The translations under genes and the position numbers were made by a program. Of a stretch of DNA of 64,000 nt, positions 18,191 to 26,930 are shown one piece after another (the stretch's first letter is position 1; each line of letters starts with the position of its first letter). The notes under the pieces are model-generated. The model saw nothing but the letters and a program-made list of their open reading frames with translations. It was not told where the DNA came from and searched no databases. This DNA is from Crocinitomicaceae bacterium. GTDB taxonomy: Bacteria; Bacteroidota; Bacteroidia; Flavobacteriales_D; Sanyastnellaceae. The DNA lies in NCBI GenBank assembly GCA_042089915.1, contig JBELJZ010000002.1:13883-77882 (forward strand), read 5' to 3'.

Positions 18191-19899
18191 AGCACCCACA
18201 CTCCCTCCTGATGCTGGGCCTCGCCCTGACCCTCGGTGGATGCGCCATCCTGGGCAAAACCGGCACGTCCTCTGACGCGGGGGGTGGGGGCGTGAATTCC
18301 GCATTTCACGCCGCCTATTATTCCGCCCAATTGGCCAAGATCAAAGGCGATCGGAGCGGTGCAAAGGAGGCCCTGCTCGCCTGCCTCGATGCGGACCCCA
18401 CTGCCGATGTGGTCCACTACGAACTGGCCCGGCTCGAGCGGGAAGACGGTCAATGGGACGCCGCACGGGCAGCCGTGGATCAGGCCCTCGCCTTGGACCC
18501 CAACAATGCCTGGTATCACAAGGAGCTCGCGGACATCGCCCTGGAGCTTGGGGACATGGAAGCGGCGGACCGCGCCCTGACCTGGCTGTTGGACAACAAA
18601 CCCCAAGACGACCTGTCTGCCAACCAGTTGCTGGACCTCCGCATCACACAAGGCGACATCAAAGGCGCCTTGGAGGTGGTGGATGTCCTCGAGCGTGAAT
18701 GGGGCCCCGATCCCGAATGGCACGCGGAACGCCACCGCTTGCACCTCTCTGCTGGAGATGTGGACGCCGCCTTGGACGCTCTGGTTCGGCTCGAAGTGGA
18801 CTTCCCCAATGTGGTGGAAGGGCCCCTTCAGCGTGCCCGCCTGTTGAACTCGCTGGGCCGACTGGCTGAGGCGGAAGCCGTGATTCAGAGCGCCCTGCAA
18901 CGGACAGGCCACGGACGCCTCCACCTCGAATGGGCCCACTTGCTGACCCAGCGCGGAGACACCGAATCCGCCCGCGTTCACGTGCGAAAGGCCTTCCGCT
19001 CAGAAGATGTACCGCTGGCAGAAAAAGCCGACATCGCTTGGACCTATGTCGAGCTCGCCGAACTGCAAACGGACCTCCGCGAGGAAGCCGCAGCCCTCAT
19101 CGCCTTGCTCCAAGCCGCCCACCCCGGCGACGCCGAGCCCCACGACCTCGATGCCACGTTGCGGAGTCTGTCAGGCGATGCAGACGGGGCTTTGGCCGCC
19201 CTGCAAACCGCATTGGAGCTGGAGCCCAACTCCGCCGAACGGTGGTTGGATGCCTGCCAACTCGCCTTGGACCTCCGACGGTGGGATGCGGTGGATGACT
19301 TGGGCGAACGGGCGACCCTGCGCTTCCCGAACCTGCCCGTCTTCCCCTACTTCCGGGGCCTCGCCCAGATTGAACTGGGAAACGCAAGGGCTGCGGAGCA
19401 GCAACTCAAATCCGCGCGCAACCTCATCGTAGACCGCCCTCAATTCGAGAGCGACGTCCTGTCCGCCCTGGCGCAATTGGCCCATGACCAAGGCGACCAT
19501 GCCGCGTCGGACCAATGGTACGAGCTCGCCGTTGAGGTGTTCCCGCAGAACATCCTCGCCCTGAACAACTACGCCTACTACCTCGCCCTGCGCGGCGTCA
19601 AATTGGACCGGGCCATCGAGATGGGCGCCAAGGTGGTGGAACTCGCGCCAGGGGAAGCCAACTTCGAAGACACCTATGCCTGGGCGCTCCACCGCGCTGG
19701 AGAGCACGAGGAGGCCTTGACATGGATTGAGCTGGCCCTCCATCACGAAGGCGACCGCCCTGGCGCCACCGTTCTCGAGCATGCCGGGGACATTTTGAAG
19801 GCCCTCGGCCGAACCGCTGAAGCCCGCGAACGCTGGAACGCTGCATTGAACGCCGGAGGCGACCGCGACCGCCTCATCCTCAAAATCAGCGGCCAATGA
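18187..19899 (+). CDS. TPR-repeat lipoprotein
   Basis: GTG start in a GTGA overlap. Signal plus lipobox LTLGGC. Repeated A..A/Y..A TPR-like helices throughout the 570 aa. Confidence 0.75.
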   Translation: MKHPHSLLMLGLALTLGGCAILGKTGTSSDAGGGGVNSAFHAAYYSAQLAKIKGDRSGAKEALLACLDADPTADVVHYELARLEREDGQWDAARAAVDQALALDPNNAWYHKELADIALELGDMEAADRALTWLLDNKPQDDLSANQLLDLRITQGDIKGALEVVDVLEREWGPDPEWHAERHRLHLSAGDVDAALDALVRLEVDFPNVVEGPLQRARLLNSLGRLAEAEAVIQSALQRTGHGRLHLEWAHLLTQRGDTESARVHVRKAFRSEDVPLAEKADIAWTYVELAELQTDLREEAAALIALLQAAHPGDAEPHDLDATLRSLSGDADGALAALQTALELEPNSAERWLDACQLALDLRRWDAVDDLGERATLRFPNLPVFPYFRGLAQIELGNARAAEQQLKSARNLIVDRPQFESDVLSALAQLAHDQGDHAASDQWYELAVEVFPQNILALNNYAYYLALRGVKLDRAIEMGAKVVELAPGEANFEDTYAWALHRAGEHEEALTWIELALHHEGDRPGATVLEHAGDILKALGRTAEARERWNAALNAGGDRDRLILKISGQ

Positions 19900-20795
19900 G
19901 GATATGGGTGCTGGCCCTGAGCTGCTTGGTCCTCGCCACCGGTTGCACCAACATGCGCCGGCTGGAGAAGGGCAAGCCCATCCGCTCCGAGGGGGCTGGG
20001 GCCGTGATGCGCAAGCACCTCGCCACCTTGGCGGAACCGGACTGGGCCGCCATGCGCATGCAAGTGGATGCCGACATCGCGGGGGAGCGCAACGCCTTCA
20101 AGGTCAACGCCCGACTTCGCCGGGATTCGGCCATCTGGATGAGCATCACGCCGGCGCTCGGGGTGGAAGCCGCCCGCCTGCTTTTGACCACGGACTCAGT
20201 TCAGTTTTATTCCAAAGTGCCCGGCAGCCGGTTCGCCTATGCCGGCAGTTATGCTGCGATGGACAGCCTGCTCGGCACGGCATTGACCTTCGACATGATC
20301 CAACGGATGCTCATGGGGCGCGGCATCGGGCTGGAGGATGAAGACAGCAAGTACGTCAGCAAGGTCGACGGGCGGGAGCATTTGCTGATCAACAAGTACA
20401 AGCGGCGCCTTCGCCGCCTGGTGGGGGTCAAGGAAAAAGAAATTGCCCCCGATGACAGTTTGTCCGTGGAGGTCGACCCCGATGTGGAGGAGCGCTTGAT
20501 CAACCGCTCGGATGAAACGGATCTCTTAGTGAAACGATACTGGTTCGATGGAGTGGGGCATCAACTGACCCGCACCCGCTTTGACGACCTCTACTTCGGG
20601 CGGTCCATCGAAATTGAACACGGCAGCTTTGAGCCGGAGTCCGGCGGCTGGATTCCCCGCCGCACCGCCATCACCATTTCCTCTCCGGAGGGCACCCATC
20701 GGGTGGCCATCGACATCTCCAGGGCCCGCTATGGGAAAGCGTATCCCATGCCCTTCGTCCTGCCGGAGGACATTGACCTGCGCCGTGGCTTCTGA
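19896..20795 (+). CDS. DUF4292-family lipoprotein (LolB-like fold suspected)
   Basis: ATGA overlap with the TPR gene. Lipobox LVLATGC. The segment RLRRDSAIWMSITPALGVEAARLLLTTDSVQFY matches my recollection of the DUF4292 core. Confidence 0.65.
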   Translation: MRIWVLALSCLVLATGCTNMRRLEKGKPIRSEGAGAVMRKHLATLAEPDWAAMRMQVDADIAGERNAFKVNARLRRDSAIWMSITPALGVEAARLLLTTDSVQFYSKVPGSRFAYAGSYAAMDSLLGTALTFDMIQRMLMGRGIGLEDEDSKYVSKVDGREHLLINKYKRRLRRLVGVKEKEIAPDDSLSVEVDPDVEERLINRSDETDLLVKRYWFDGVGHQLTRTRFDDLYFGRSIEIEHGSFEPESGGWIPRRTAITISSPEGTHRVAIDISRARYGKAYPMPFVLPEDIDLRRGF

Positions 20796-21993
20796 CCTCC
20801 GCAACCGACTGCGATTGTGCGGCACGGCCTTCCTGCTGCTTTCTCCCCTGCTCTGCTGGGGCCAAGGAAATGATCGGGCGAAACTGGAGGCAGAACGCCA
20901 GGCGATCAACGACCGGATTGCGGCCACCCAATCGCTGTTGAAGTCCACCCGGGATGACAAGGAGAAAAGCACACAAGAATGGGCGGTACTCAAGGAGCAA
21001 CTCAGCCTGCGCCAACAACTGCTGTCCAACCTGCGCGCCGAACGCAAAGCTGCCGAACGCCGCTTGGCACAAAGAGAGTCGGGCGTCGACCACGCGGATG
21101 AGCAATTGGCCCAACTCAAGGCCGAATACGCGGACATGATCCGCTTGGCGGATCGCATTGGAGGACACGACACCTGGTGGGAGGTGGTTCTGGATGCCGA
21201 AGGAACCACCCAGGCGTTCCGGAGGCTGATGCTGATTGGGGAATACCGCCGACAGCGCCATGCCCAGGCTGACCGCATCAGCGCATCGGCCAACGCCCTC
21301 CGTCAGGAGATGACCGCGTTGGAGCGCGAACGAAACGACCTTGTCGAGGTGGAACGCGATCTCCGTGCCGAACGGGATGCGGCGCGTTCTGCGGCGCGGC
21401 AGATGGAATCCCTTGTGGCCGACTTCCAGTCGCGCGAACAAGAACTCCGGAACCAGCTGGCCAAAGAGGAGGCCCGGCGCGCGGAATTGGGAAAGGCGAT
21501 TGAGCGCATCCTCAAGGCCGCTCGCCGCGCCGCCGACAACACCACCGGCTTTGCGGCCACCCCAGAAGGACAAATCATCGCCGCCGAATTCAATGCCAAC
21601 AAAGGCCGACTTCCCTGGCCGGTGTCAGAAGGGGTTTTGGTCGGCCGCTTTGGAACCCACCCCCACCCCAGTCTGCCGGGCATCCAAATCGAACGGCGGG
21701 GCATCGACATCGCCACCTCCGGGGGCAGCACGGTGTCCGCCATCTTCAGCGGTCGGGTGTCCAATGTGATCAGCATTCCCGGCGGCGGACTGGTGGTGAT
21801 GCTGGACCACGGGTCGCACCGCTCCGTGTATGCCAACCTGGGCACCGTGACGGTGGAAACGGGCGATGACCTGCGCACCGGACAGGCGGTGGGCACCGTC
21901 ATCGACTTGGGTGAAGGTCCCAAGGCCCACCTCGAAATCTGGGACGCAAAGGGCAGCAGCCCCCTCGACCCCGCACAATGGATCGCCCGATGA
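20785..21993 (+). CDS. EnvC-like coiled-coil protein with degenerate LytM/M23 domain
   Basis: GTG at 20785 gives a signal-like N-terminus (LLLSPLLCWGQ) and a long coiled coil. The C-terminal M23 fold has substituted metal/catalytic positions (RRGIDI for HxxxD, YANL for YxHL, AHLEIW for HLHFE). Confidence 0.75.
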   Translation: MASDLRNRLRLCGTAFLLLSPLLCWGQGNDRAKLEAERQAINDRIAATQSLLKSTRDDKEKSTQEWAVLKEQLSLRQQLLSNLRAERKAAERRLAQRESGVDHADEQLAQLKAEYADMIRLADRIGGHDTWWEVVLDAEGTTQAFRRLMLIGEYRRQRHAQADRISASANALRQEMTALERERNDLVEVERDLRAERDAARSAARQMESLVADFQSREQELRNQLAKEEARRAELGKAIERILKAARRAADNTTGFAATPEGQIIAAEFNANKGRLPWPVSEGVLVGRFGTHPHPSLPGIQIERRGIDIATSGGSTVSAIFSGRVSNVISIPGGGLVVMLDHGSHRSVYANLGTVTVETGDDLRTGQAVGTVIDLGEGPKAHLEIWDAKGSSPLDPAQWIAR

Positions 21994-24089
21994 AGCTCGC
22001 CCTGATCGGCAACCCCAATTGCGGCAAATCGTCGCTGTTCAACCTGCTCACCGGGGCGCGGGCCAAGGTGGCCAACCTGCCGGGTGTGACCGTCGCTCCA
22101 ACGCTGGCCCCACTTAAGGCCGACCGTGGCATTGAGCTGATTGACCTTCCCGGTACCTACAGCCTCAACCCGCGGGCACTGGATGAGGCTGTCACGCGGG
22201 ACGCCCTGCTCGACCCTGATCAGCGACCTGACGGTGTGGTCCTCGTCCTGGACTCGGCCAACATCAAGCGTAACCTCTACCTGTGCCTCCAGACGCTCGA
22301 CCTGGGCATTCCCGCCATTGTGGTCGTCAACGAAACTGCAGCCTTGCCCTGGGCCAAGTCCGCATTGGAAGACGCTCTGGGCGTGGAGGTGTTTGCCGTC
22401 CACGCCTTGCGCGGGCGGGGCACCAAGGCCTTGGCAAAGCGGATGTCCGATTGGCCCAATCGCCCGCCTGAAGTCCACCGTGAACCGGCGGCTGCACCGT
22501 GGAGTGAGCGCATCGACCTGGATGGCTTGCGCCAGGCACTGCCCGACATGACCGATGCCGGACTGCTGCGCCTTGTGAACTCCGATGGCACCCCAGATTG
22601 GCTCCGGACCCCGGCCATCGCCCCCCTCGAGGCCGCCCGACAAGCGGCCGGTTGCGGACTCGCAGAACTTCAACTCGCCGAAGCCGGTCACCGGAGCCAA
22701 GCGGTGCGCCGTATCGCCCAGGCCGTGCTGCAGCAGAACGACCCCTTGGACCTCAACCTGAGCCGGAGGTTGGACCGCGTCCTCACGCACCGCATCGCAG
22801 GACCTGTGATCCTCATGGCGGTCTTCTTTCTCATCTTCCAAGCGGTCTATGCCTGGGCCACTTGGCCGATGGACCTGATTGACGCCGGCATGGGCGCCCT
22901 CATGGAGGCCGTCCGACTCGGCCTTACGCCGGGATGGTGGTCCGACCTCCTCGTCGACGGATTGCTCGCGGGCATCAGCGGCGTGGTCATCTTCGTTCCC
23001 CAAATCGCCCTGCTGTTCGGAGCCGTCGCGGCCCTTGAAGAAAGTGGGTACATGACCCGCGTGGCCTTCATGAACGACCGCTGGATGCGGTCCCTGGGCC
23101 TGGACGGACGGGCCACCATTCCGCTGTTGGGCGGATTCGCTTGCGCTGTCCCGGCCATCCTCAGTGCGCGCATCATTCCTGGCAAGCGCGAACGGCTCCT
23201 GACCATCCTGATCACACCTTGGATGACGTGCTCCGCGCGGCTTCCAGTGTATTTGTTCCTGATTGGATTCGTGGTGCCAGACCAGCCCTGGGGACCGGGC
23301 GGCCTGTTCAACCTGCAGGGCTTGTTCCTGTTCACCATTTATGGCGCCGGATTGGTGGCCGGATTGGCCCTCGCTTGGATTTTGCACCGCGGACTGCCCA
23401 AGGCCGCGCCGACCCAATTCCTCCAGGAATGGCCCCCCTACCGCGTGCCGTCCCTGAAGCGCACACTCGCACAAGTGGTACAGCAAGCCAAGGGATTCGT
23501 GGTGGGCGCCGGACAGGTCATCATCATCGTGTCCATTCTTCTGTGGGGCTTGTCCAACACTTCGCCAAGCGGGTTTGCCGAAGTGGATGAGGCGCATGTG
23601 CGTGTGGTCCAAGAACTGGACGGGGCGGACGAAGTTGCCTTGGCCCAGGCCGAGCTCGACTGGCAAGCCGCTCGTATGGATGCATCGTGGTCGGGCCGAC
23701 TGGGCGCTTTCATCGAGCCGGCCATCGCCCCGCTGGGATACGACGGCCGGATGGGGGTGGCGTTGATCGCCTCCTTCGCTGCCCGGGAAGTCTTCGTCGG
23801 TACCATGGCCACATTGTATGCTGCTCCGGAGGACGACGAGGGGATCCGGGCACTCCAACGTCGATTGGGTCAGGAAATCAACCCGAGCACCGGCATGCCC
23901 ATTCTGAATGCAGCCACGGCGATGTCGCTCATCGTTTTCTACATGCTGGCCATGCAATGTCTGTCCACTGTCGCCATTGTCCGGCAGGAATTGGGAAGCT
24001 GGACTTGGGCCCTGCTTCAGACGGCTGGGATGACCTTATTGGCCTACCTCGGCGCTTGGGCAGCCTACGCCGCGCTCAGTGGGGTTTGA
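21978..24089 (+). CDS. feoB: Ferrous iron transporter FeoB
   Basis: G-domain MKLALIGNPNCGKSSLFN followed by a polytopic membrane domain. The start is ATG 21978 or ATG 21990; the latter forms ATGA with the upstream stop. Confidence 0.95.
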   Translation: MDRPMKLALIGNPNCGKSSLFNLLTGARAKVANLPGVTVAPTLAPLKADRGIELIDLPGTYSLNPRALDEAVTRDALLDPDQRPDGVVLVLDSANIKRNLYLCLQTLDLGIPAIVVVNETAALPWAKSALEDALGVEVFAVHALRGRGTKALAKRMSDWPNRPPEVHREPAAAPWSERIDLDGLRQALPDMTDAGLLRLVNSDGTPDWLRTPAIAPLEAARQAAGCGLAELQLAEAGHRSQAVRRIAQAVLQQNDPLDLNLSRRLDRVLTHRIAGPVILMAVFFLIFQAVYAWATWPMDLIDAGMGALMEAVRLGLTPGWWSDLLVDGLLAGISGVVIFVPQIALLFGAVAALEESGYMTRVAFMNDRWMRSLGLDGRATIPLLGGFACAVPAILSARIIPGKRERLLTILITPWMTCSARLPVYLFLIGFVVPDQPWGPGGLFNLQGLFLFTIYGAGLVAGLALAWILHRGLPKAAPTQFLQEWPPYRVPSLKRTLAQVVQQAKGFVVGAGQVIIIVSILLWGLSNTSPSGFAEVDEAHVRVVQELDGADEVALAQAELDWQAARMDASWSGRLGAFIEPAIAPLGYDGRMGVALIASFAAREVFVGTMATLYAAPEDDEGIRALQRRLGQEINPSTGMPILNAATAMSLIVFYMLAMQCLSTVAIVRQELGSWTWALLQTAGMTLLAYLGAWAAYAALSGV

Positions 24090-24306
24090 CCCACATCAGG
24101 TCTGCCTGCTCTTTCCGCAGCGTGACCACATGTCCGCCTGCCGACACAGCCAACGGGTCTCCCAACGGCGCAATATGGCGGACCTCAATGGCTTCACCCA
24201 CGGTGCAGCCCATCTCCATCAGCGCCAGCATCCCGTCCGCCGCATCAATGCGGGTCAAGGTGCCACCCTCGTCGGCAGCGAGATCACTGAGGCGTTTCAG
24301 TTCCAT
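24076..24306 (-). CDS. feoA: FeoA-family protein
   Basis: 76 aa. LSDL..G....I......L..L.EMG...G..I.V pattern and LRKEQADLMWV, typical of FeoA SH3-like proteins. The 3' end overlaps the feoB 3' end by 14 nt. Confidence 0.75.
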   Translation of the reverse strand: MELKRLSDLAADEGGTLTRIDAADGMLALMEMGCTVGEAIEVRHIAPLGDPLAVSAGGHVVTLRKEQADLMWVKPH

Positions 24307-24310
24307 GACA

Positions 24311-24318
24311 CAAAATTG
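24311..24318 (-). promoter_or_regulatory. Putative -7-like box CAATTTTG upstream of feoA
   Basis: Reverse complement of caaaattg, 4 nt from the feoA ATG. One mismatch to TAnnTTTG. Confidence 0.25.
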
Positions 24319-24384
24319 GGGTCGACATCCCGCTCATGCCCTCCCATGAAGGGGGGATTTTGCGGCGGGCCATGTGGAGACAAG

Positions 24385-24415
24385 AAAAAACCCGGACCGC
24401 TGTGGATCCGGGTTT
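24385..24415 (-). terminator. Rho-independent terminator downstream of tRNA-Val(GAC)
   Basis: Minus-strand hairpin AAACCCGGA-loop-TCCGGGTTT followed by a T-run (plus-strand a-run 24385-24390). Confidence 0.6.
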
Positions 24416-24420
24416 GTCTG

Positions 24421-24495
24421 TGGGTCATACTGGACTCGAACCAGTGACCTCTGCCCTGTCAAGGCAGCGCTCTGAACCAGCTGAGCTAATGACCC
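24421..24495 (-). tRNA. tRNA-Val (anticodon GAC)
   Basis: Hand-folded cloverleaf: acceptor GGGTCAT/ATGACCC, D stem GCTC/GAGC, anticodon stem CTGCC/GGCAG with loop TTGACAG, T arm ACTGG-TTCGAGT-CCAGT. Confidence 0.9.
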
Positions 24496-24512
24496 TCTGC
24501 TGAATCGGACGG

Positions 24513-24520
24513 CGAATATA
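24513..24520 (-). promoter_or_regulatory. Putative -7-like box TATATTCG upstream of tRNA-Val(GAC)
   Basis: Reverse complement of cgaatata, 17 nt upstream of the tRNA 5' end. Same octamer as upstream of the LytTR regulator. Confidence 0.3.
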
Positions 24521-24549
24521 CGATTTCCCTTCGTCTGAGCGACACCCCG

Positions 24550-25488
24550 TCAACTCCAATGCGACAGGTCGCGGCCAATCAAGGCCTCGGTGGCGCGGAT
24601 GTCCGCCTCGAACCTCGGCAGCAAGACCGCCCTGTCCTCCGGCGAGAGTGGGGCCAAGCCTTCCTGGGTATACCAGCCTCGGCCCACGGTTCGCTTCATG
24701 GGTTCTGGCAACCAACGGCCAGCAGCCGCTTTGACACCTGAGCGGGTCAGCCAGGCGTTGATCGACTCGAAGCGCGCACGCCCTGCCGGATTTCCCATGT
24801 TCCGCTCCACTTCCGGTATGGCGGATTCCAATTCAAGCCATTCTCTTAGGTCGGTCCACGTCTCAGGCCGGTTGAGGTCTTCGTTGAGCAAGACTTTGAC
24901 CTGAGCCGCCGGAAAGCGGTCCATCCAGCGGCGAAGGCCCTCGGCGTACAAGCCCGCTTCTACGAACAGTTCGCTTCGGCCCCAGCCGGGGTCCGGATGG
25001 GCGACATCCTGCGCGACCGCGTCCAATAGGTCCAGCGTGGTGAACCCGTATTTCCGGGCCATCAACCAATGCGAATGCAAGCGCTCGACCGGGTTGCGCA
25101 GGACCACCAACACCTTGGCGTGGGGATGGGCATCGGCCACACGTCCCGGTGCCGCCTCCGACCAGAGGTAGGATGTGCTGCACTCGCCGACGACTTCATT
25201 GTCGGGACCAGCATCTTCGAACAGCTTGGCGTAATCCTCCGGGTCTTGGACAAATCCGATTTGCCGGGGCTTCAAGGGCCGGTGCGCCAGGTATCCTTCC
25301 AAGTCGCCTGGGATGTTTGCCCGGAAGGCGGCACTGAACCGGTCGGGGTCAATGTCCGTAGCGAAGTGGTTGGGCTCCTTCAGGGCGCTCAAGTAGACTT
25401 GGGGATGTCGGGCGAGCCGGGCATGCAAGAGCGTGGTGCCCGACTTTGGAGCGCCAATCAGGAAGAAGTTCAGCGTCGTTTCCACCAT
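24550..25488 (-). CDS. Sulfotransferase-family protein (PAPS-dependent)
   Basis: ATG at 25488 (MVETTLNFFLIGAPKSGTTLL is the 5'-PSB loop). 3'-PB-like VVLRNPVERLHSHW. 312 aa. The upstream part of the 514-aa track ORF overlaps the flippase out of frame and is rejected. Confidence 0.85.
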   Translation of the reverse strand: MVETTLNFFLIGAPKSGTTLLHARLARHPQVYLSALKEPNHFATDIDPDRFSAAFRANIPGDLEGYLAHRPLKPRQIGFVQDPEDYAKLFEDAGPDNEVVGECSTSYLWSEAAPGRVADAHPHAKVLVVLRNPVERLHSHWLMARKYGFTTLDLLDAVAQDVAHPDPGWGRSELFVEAGLYAEGLRRWMDRFPAAQVKVLLNEDLNRPETWTDLREWLELESAIPEVERNMGNPAGRARFESINAWLTRSGVKAAAGRWLPEPMKRTVGRGWYTQEGLAPLSPEDRAVLLPRFEADIRATEALIGRDLSHWS

Positions 25489-26765
25489 CCGTTCGCCAAA
25501 GAAACCATCCAGAAGCCCTGCGTTCGCCGGACCCAAATCAATCCGACCACATTCCACACCCCCATGCCGATGGCCGCGGACCACGCCGCACCCACCAAGC
25601 CGTGAGCCGGCACCAACCACAGGCCCAAGGCCAACTGGATCAGCGCCGACAACGCCAGAATGGCCAGCCCTGCCCGTTCGCCTCCCGTCATGTTGAGCAA
25701 GTACATCACCGGGCCCGACAAGGCGTTGAGGGCCTGCGCTCCGGCCAGAATGCCCAACGCCATCACCGCCTCCCGGCACACGAAGGCAGCCCCCCACCAC
25801 GACAGCAGCCAAGGACCCAGCAGCCACAGGAAAACCAAGCCCGGCAAGGCGACGGCGGTGTTCAACCAGCCAATCCGGTGCACCGTGCGCCGCAACCCTT
25901 CCTGGTCGCCCGCGGCATGCTGCGCGCCAAACGTCGGGGCGCCGAGGGCGTTGACAGCAAATTGGGTGAACGTCAACAGGGCCGCCAGCCGAAAAGCAGC
26001 GCGATAATGGGCTACATCGGCCTCCGTCAACCAAGCGCTGAGCATGGCTGTGTCTGCCCAAGACAGCACCAGATGAAGCACGCTGCCCAGCCAAATGGGG
26101 AACGCCAATCGGGCCATGGAGATGTTCCCATTGCCCTCCTGACTACCATCGGCCTGGAACCGCTTCCCAAACCACCATCCCGCCCCCAAGACCGCCAAAG
26201 CCGCCATGAGGAGGCCGGACAGGGCCAGGGCCAATGCAGGGTCCTCAATTCCAAAGAAGATGAGCAACCCCGCCAACAGCATCCACCACCCAGGCTGGAA
26301 CAGCGCGTAGGTCGAGACATGGCCGGTGCCGCGCAAACACTCCGCGAGCCAGCCGATCACCACCCAGGCGCCCATGCCCCAGCCGATCCACGGCGACGGG
26401 CCCCATTCCTCCGCGAAGCCCAAGCTCCCCAATCCCGCCACAGCCAGACCGATCAGCACCATGGCCCCGGTCCACCGGCGGAAGGCACGCCGAATCCGCG
26501 CACCCTGCCCCTGGAAAGTCCACGCTCCGAAAGCTTTGACCACAGCACCCTCCCAGCCCCCGCGGAGCAAGGTGGCCCCCACGGTCACCCAGAGGATGAA
26601 CAGCTCTGCCCGGCCCAAGGCGGCATCGCCCAAGCTGCGGGCCACCCACACCGAAAAGACGAAGCCGCCGAGGGCGCCGAGCACCTTCAACGTCAGCACT
26701 ACGCCACTGCCGCCGAGCAGTCGGCGCCAGGAACCATCAAGGCGGGAAGTCGTGGGTGTGGGCAA
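25470..26765 (-). CDS. Wzx/MOP-superfamily polysaccharide flippase-like membrane protein
   Basis: 431 aa and highly hydrophobic, about 12 predicted TM segments by eye. N-terminus WRRLLGGSGVVLTLKVLGALGGFVFSVWVARSLG is typical of polysaccharide biosynthesis (PST) proteins. Apparent TTG start. Confidence 0.75.
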   Translation of the reverse strand: MPTPTTSRLDGSWRRLLGGSGVVLTLKVLGALGGFVFSVWVARSLGDAALGRAELFILWVTVGATLLRGGWEGAVVKAFGAWTFQGQGARIRRAFRRWTGAMVLIGLAVAGLGSLGFAEEWGPSPWIGWGMGAWVVIGWLAECLRGTGHVSTYALFQPGWWMLLAGLLIFFGIEDPALALALSGLLMAALAVLGAGWWFGKRFQADGSQEGNGNISMARLAFPIWLGSVLHLVLSWADTAMLSAWLTEADVAHYRAAFRLAALLTFTQFAVNALGAPTFGAQHAAGDQEGLRRTVHRIGWLNTAVALPGLVFLWLLGPWLLSWWGAAFVCREAVMALGILAGAQALNALSGPVMYLLNMTGGERAGLAILALSALIQLALGLWLVPAHGLVGAAWSAAIGMGVWNVVGLIWVRRTQGFWMVSLANGWWKRR

Positions 26766-26785
26766 CGGTGGATGTCTTCCGGTAA

Positions 26786-26860
26786 TGGCAGCCCCGCCAG
26801 GAATCGAACCTGGATCAAACGTTTAGGAAACGTCTATTCTATCCGTTGAACTACGGGGCC
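26786..26860 (-). tRNA. tRNA-Arg (anticodon CCU), CCA encoded
   Basis: Acceptor GGCCCCG/CGGGGCT (G1-U72), anticodon stem GACGT/ACGTT with loop TTCCTAA, T arm CCAGG-TTCGATT-CCTGG, discriminator G, then CCA. Confidence 0.85.
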
Positions 26861-26866
26861 TCCCGG

Positions 26867-26874
26867 CAAAGATG
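26867..26874 (-). promoter_or_regulatory. Putative -7-like box CATCTTTG upstream of tRNA-Arg
   Basis: Reverse complement of caaagatg, 6 nt upstream of the tRNA 5' end. Shares ATCTTTGC with the prs and tRNA-Val(CAC) boxes. Confidence 0.3.
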
Positions 26875-26895
26875 CGCCGCCTGTGGCGAAGGCAG

Positions 26896-26925
26896 AAAAA
26901 AGCCCCGACTCGCAGGAGCCGGGGC
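26896..26925 (-). terminator. Rho-independent terminator downstream of tRNA-Val(CAC)
   Basis: Minus-strand hairpin GCCCCG-12 nt loop-CGGGGC followed by TTTTTT. Confidence 0.6.
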
Positions 26926-26930
26926 CGTGG

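Noticed and set aside
21303-23957. An 884-aa minus-strand ORF opposite the EnvC-like gene and feoB.
   Set aside because: It is antisense to feoB and the M23 gene, and the translation is low-complexity and Gly/Arg/His-rich with no motifs.
25489-26094. An upstream extension of the sulfotransferase ORF, giving 514 aa in the track.
   Set aside because: The extension overlaps the flippase coding region in another frame. The PAPS-binding loop (PKSGTT) sits 12 residues after the ATG at 25488, as expected for a true N-terminus.
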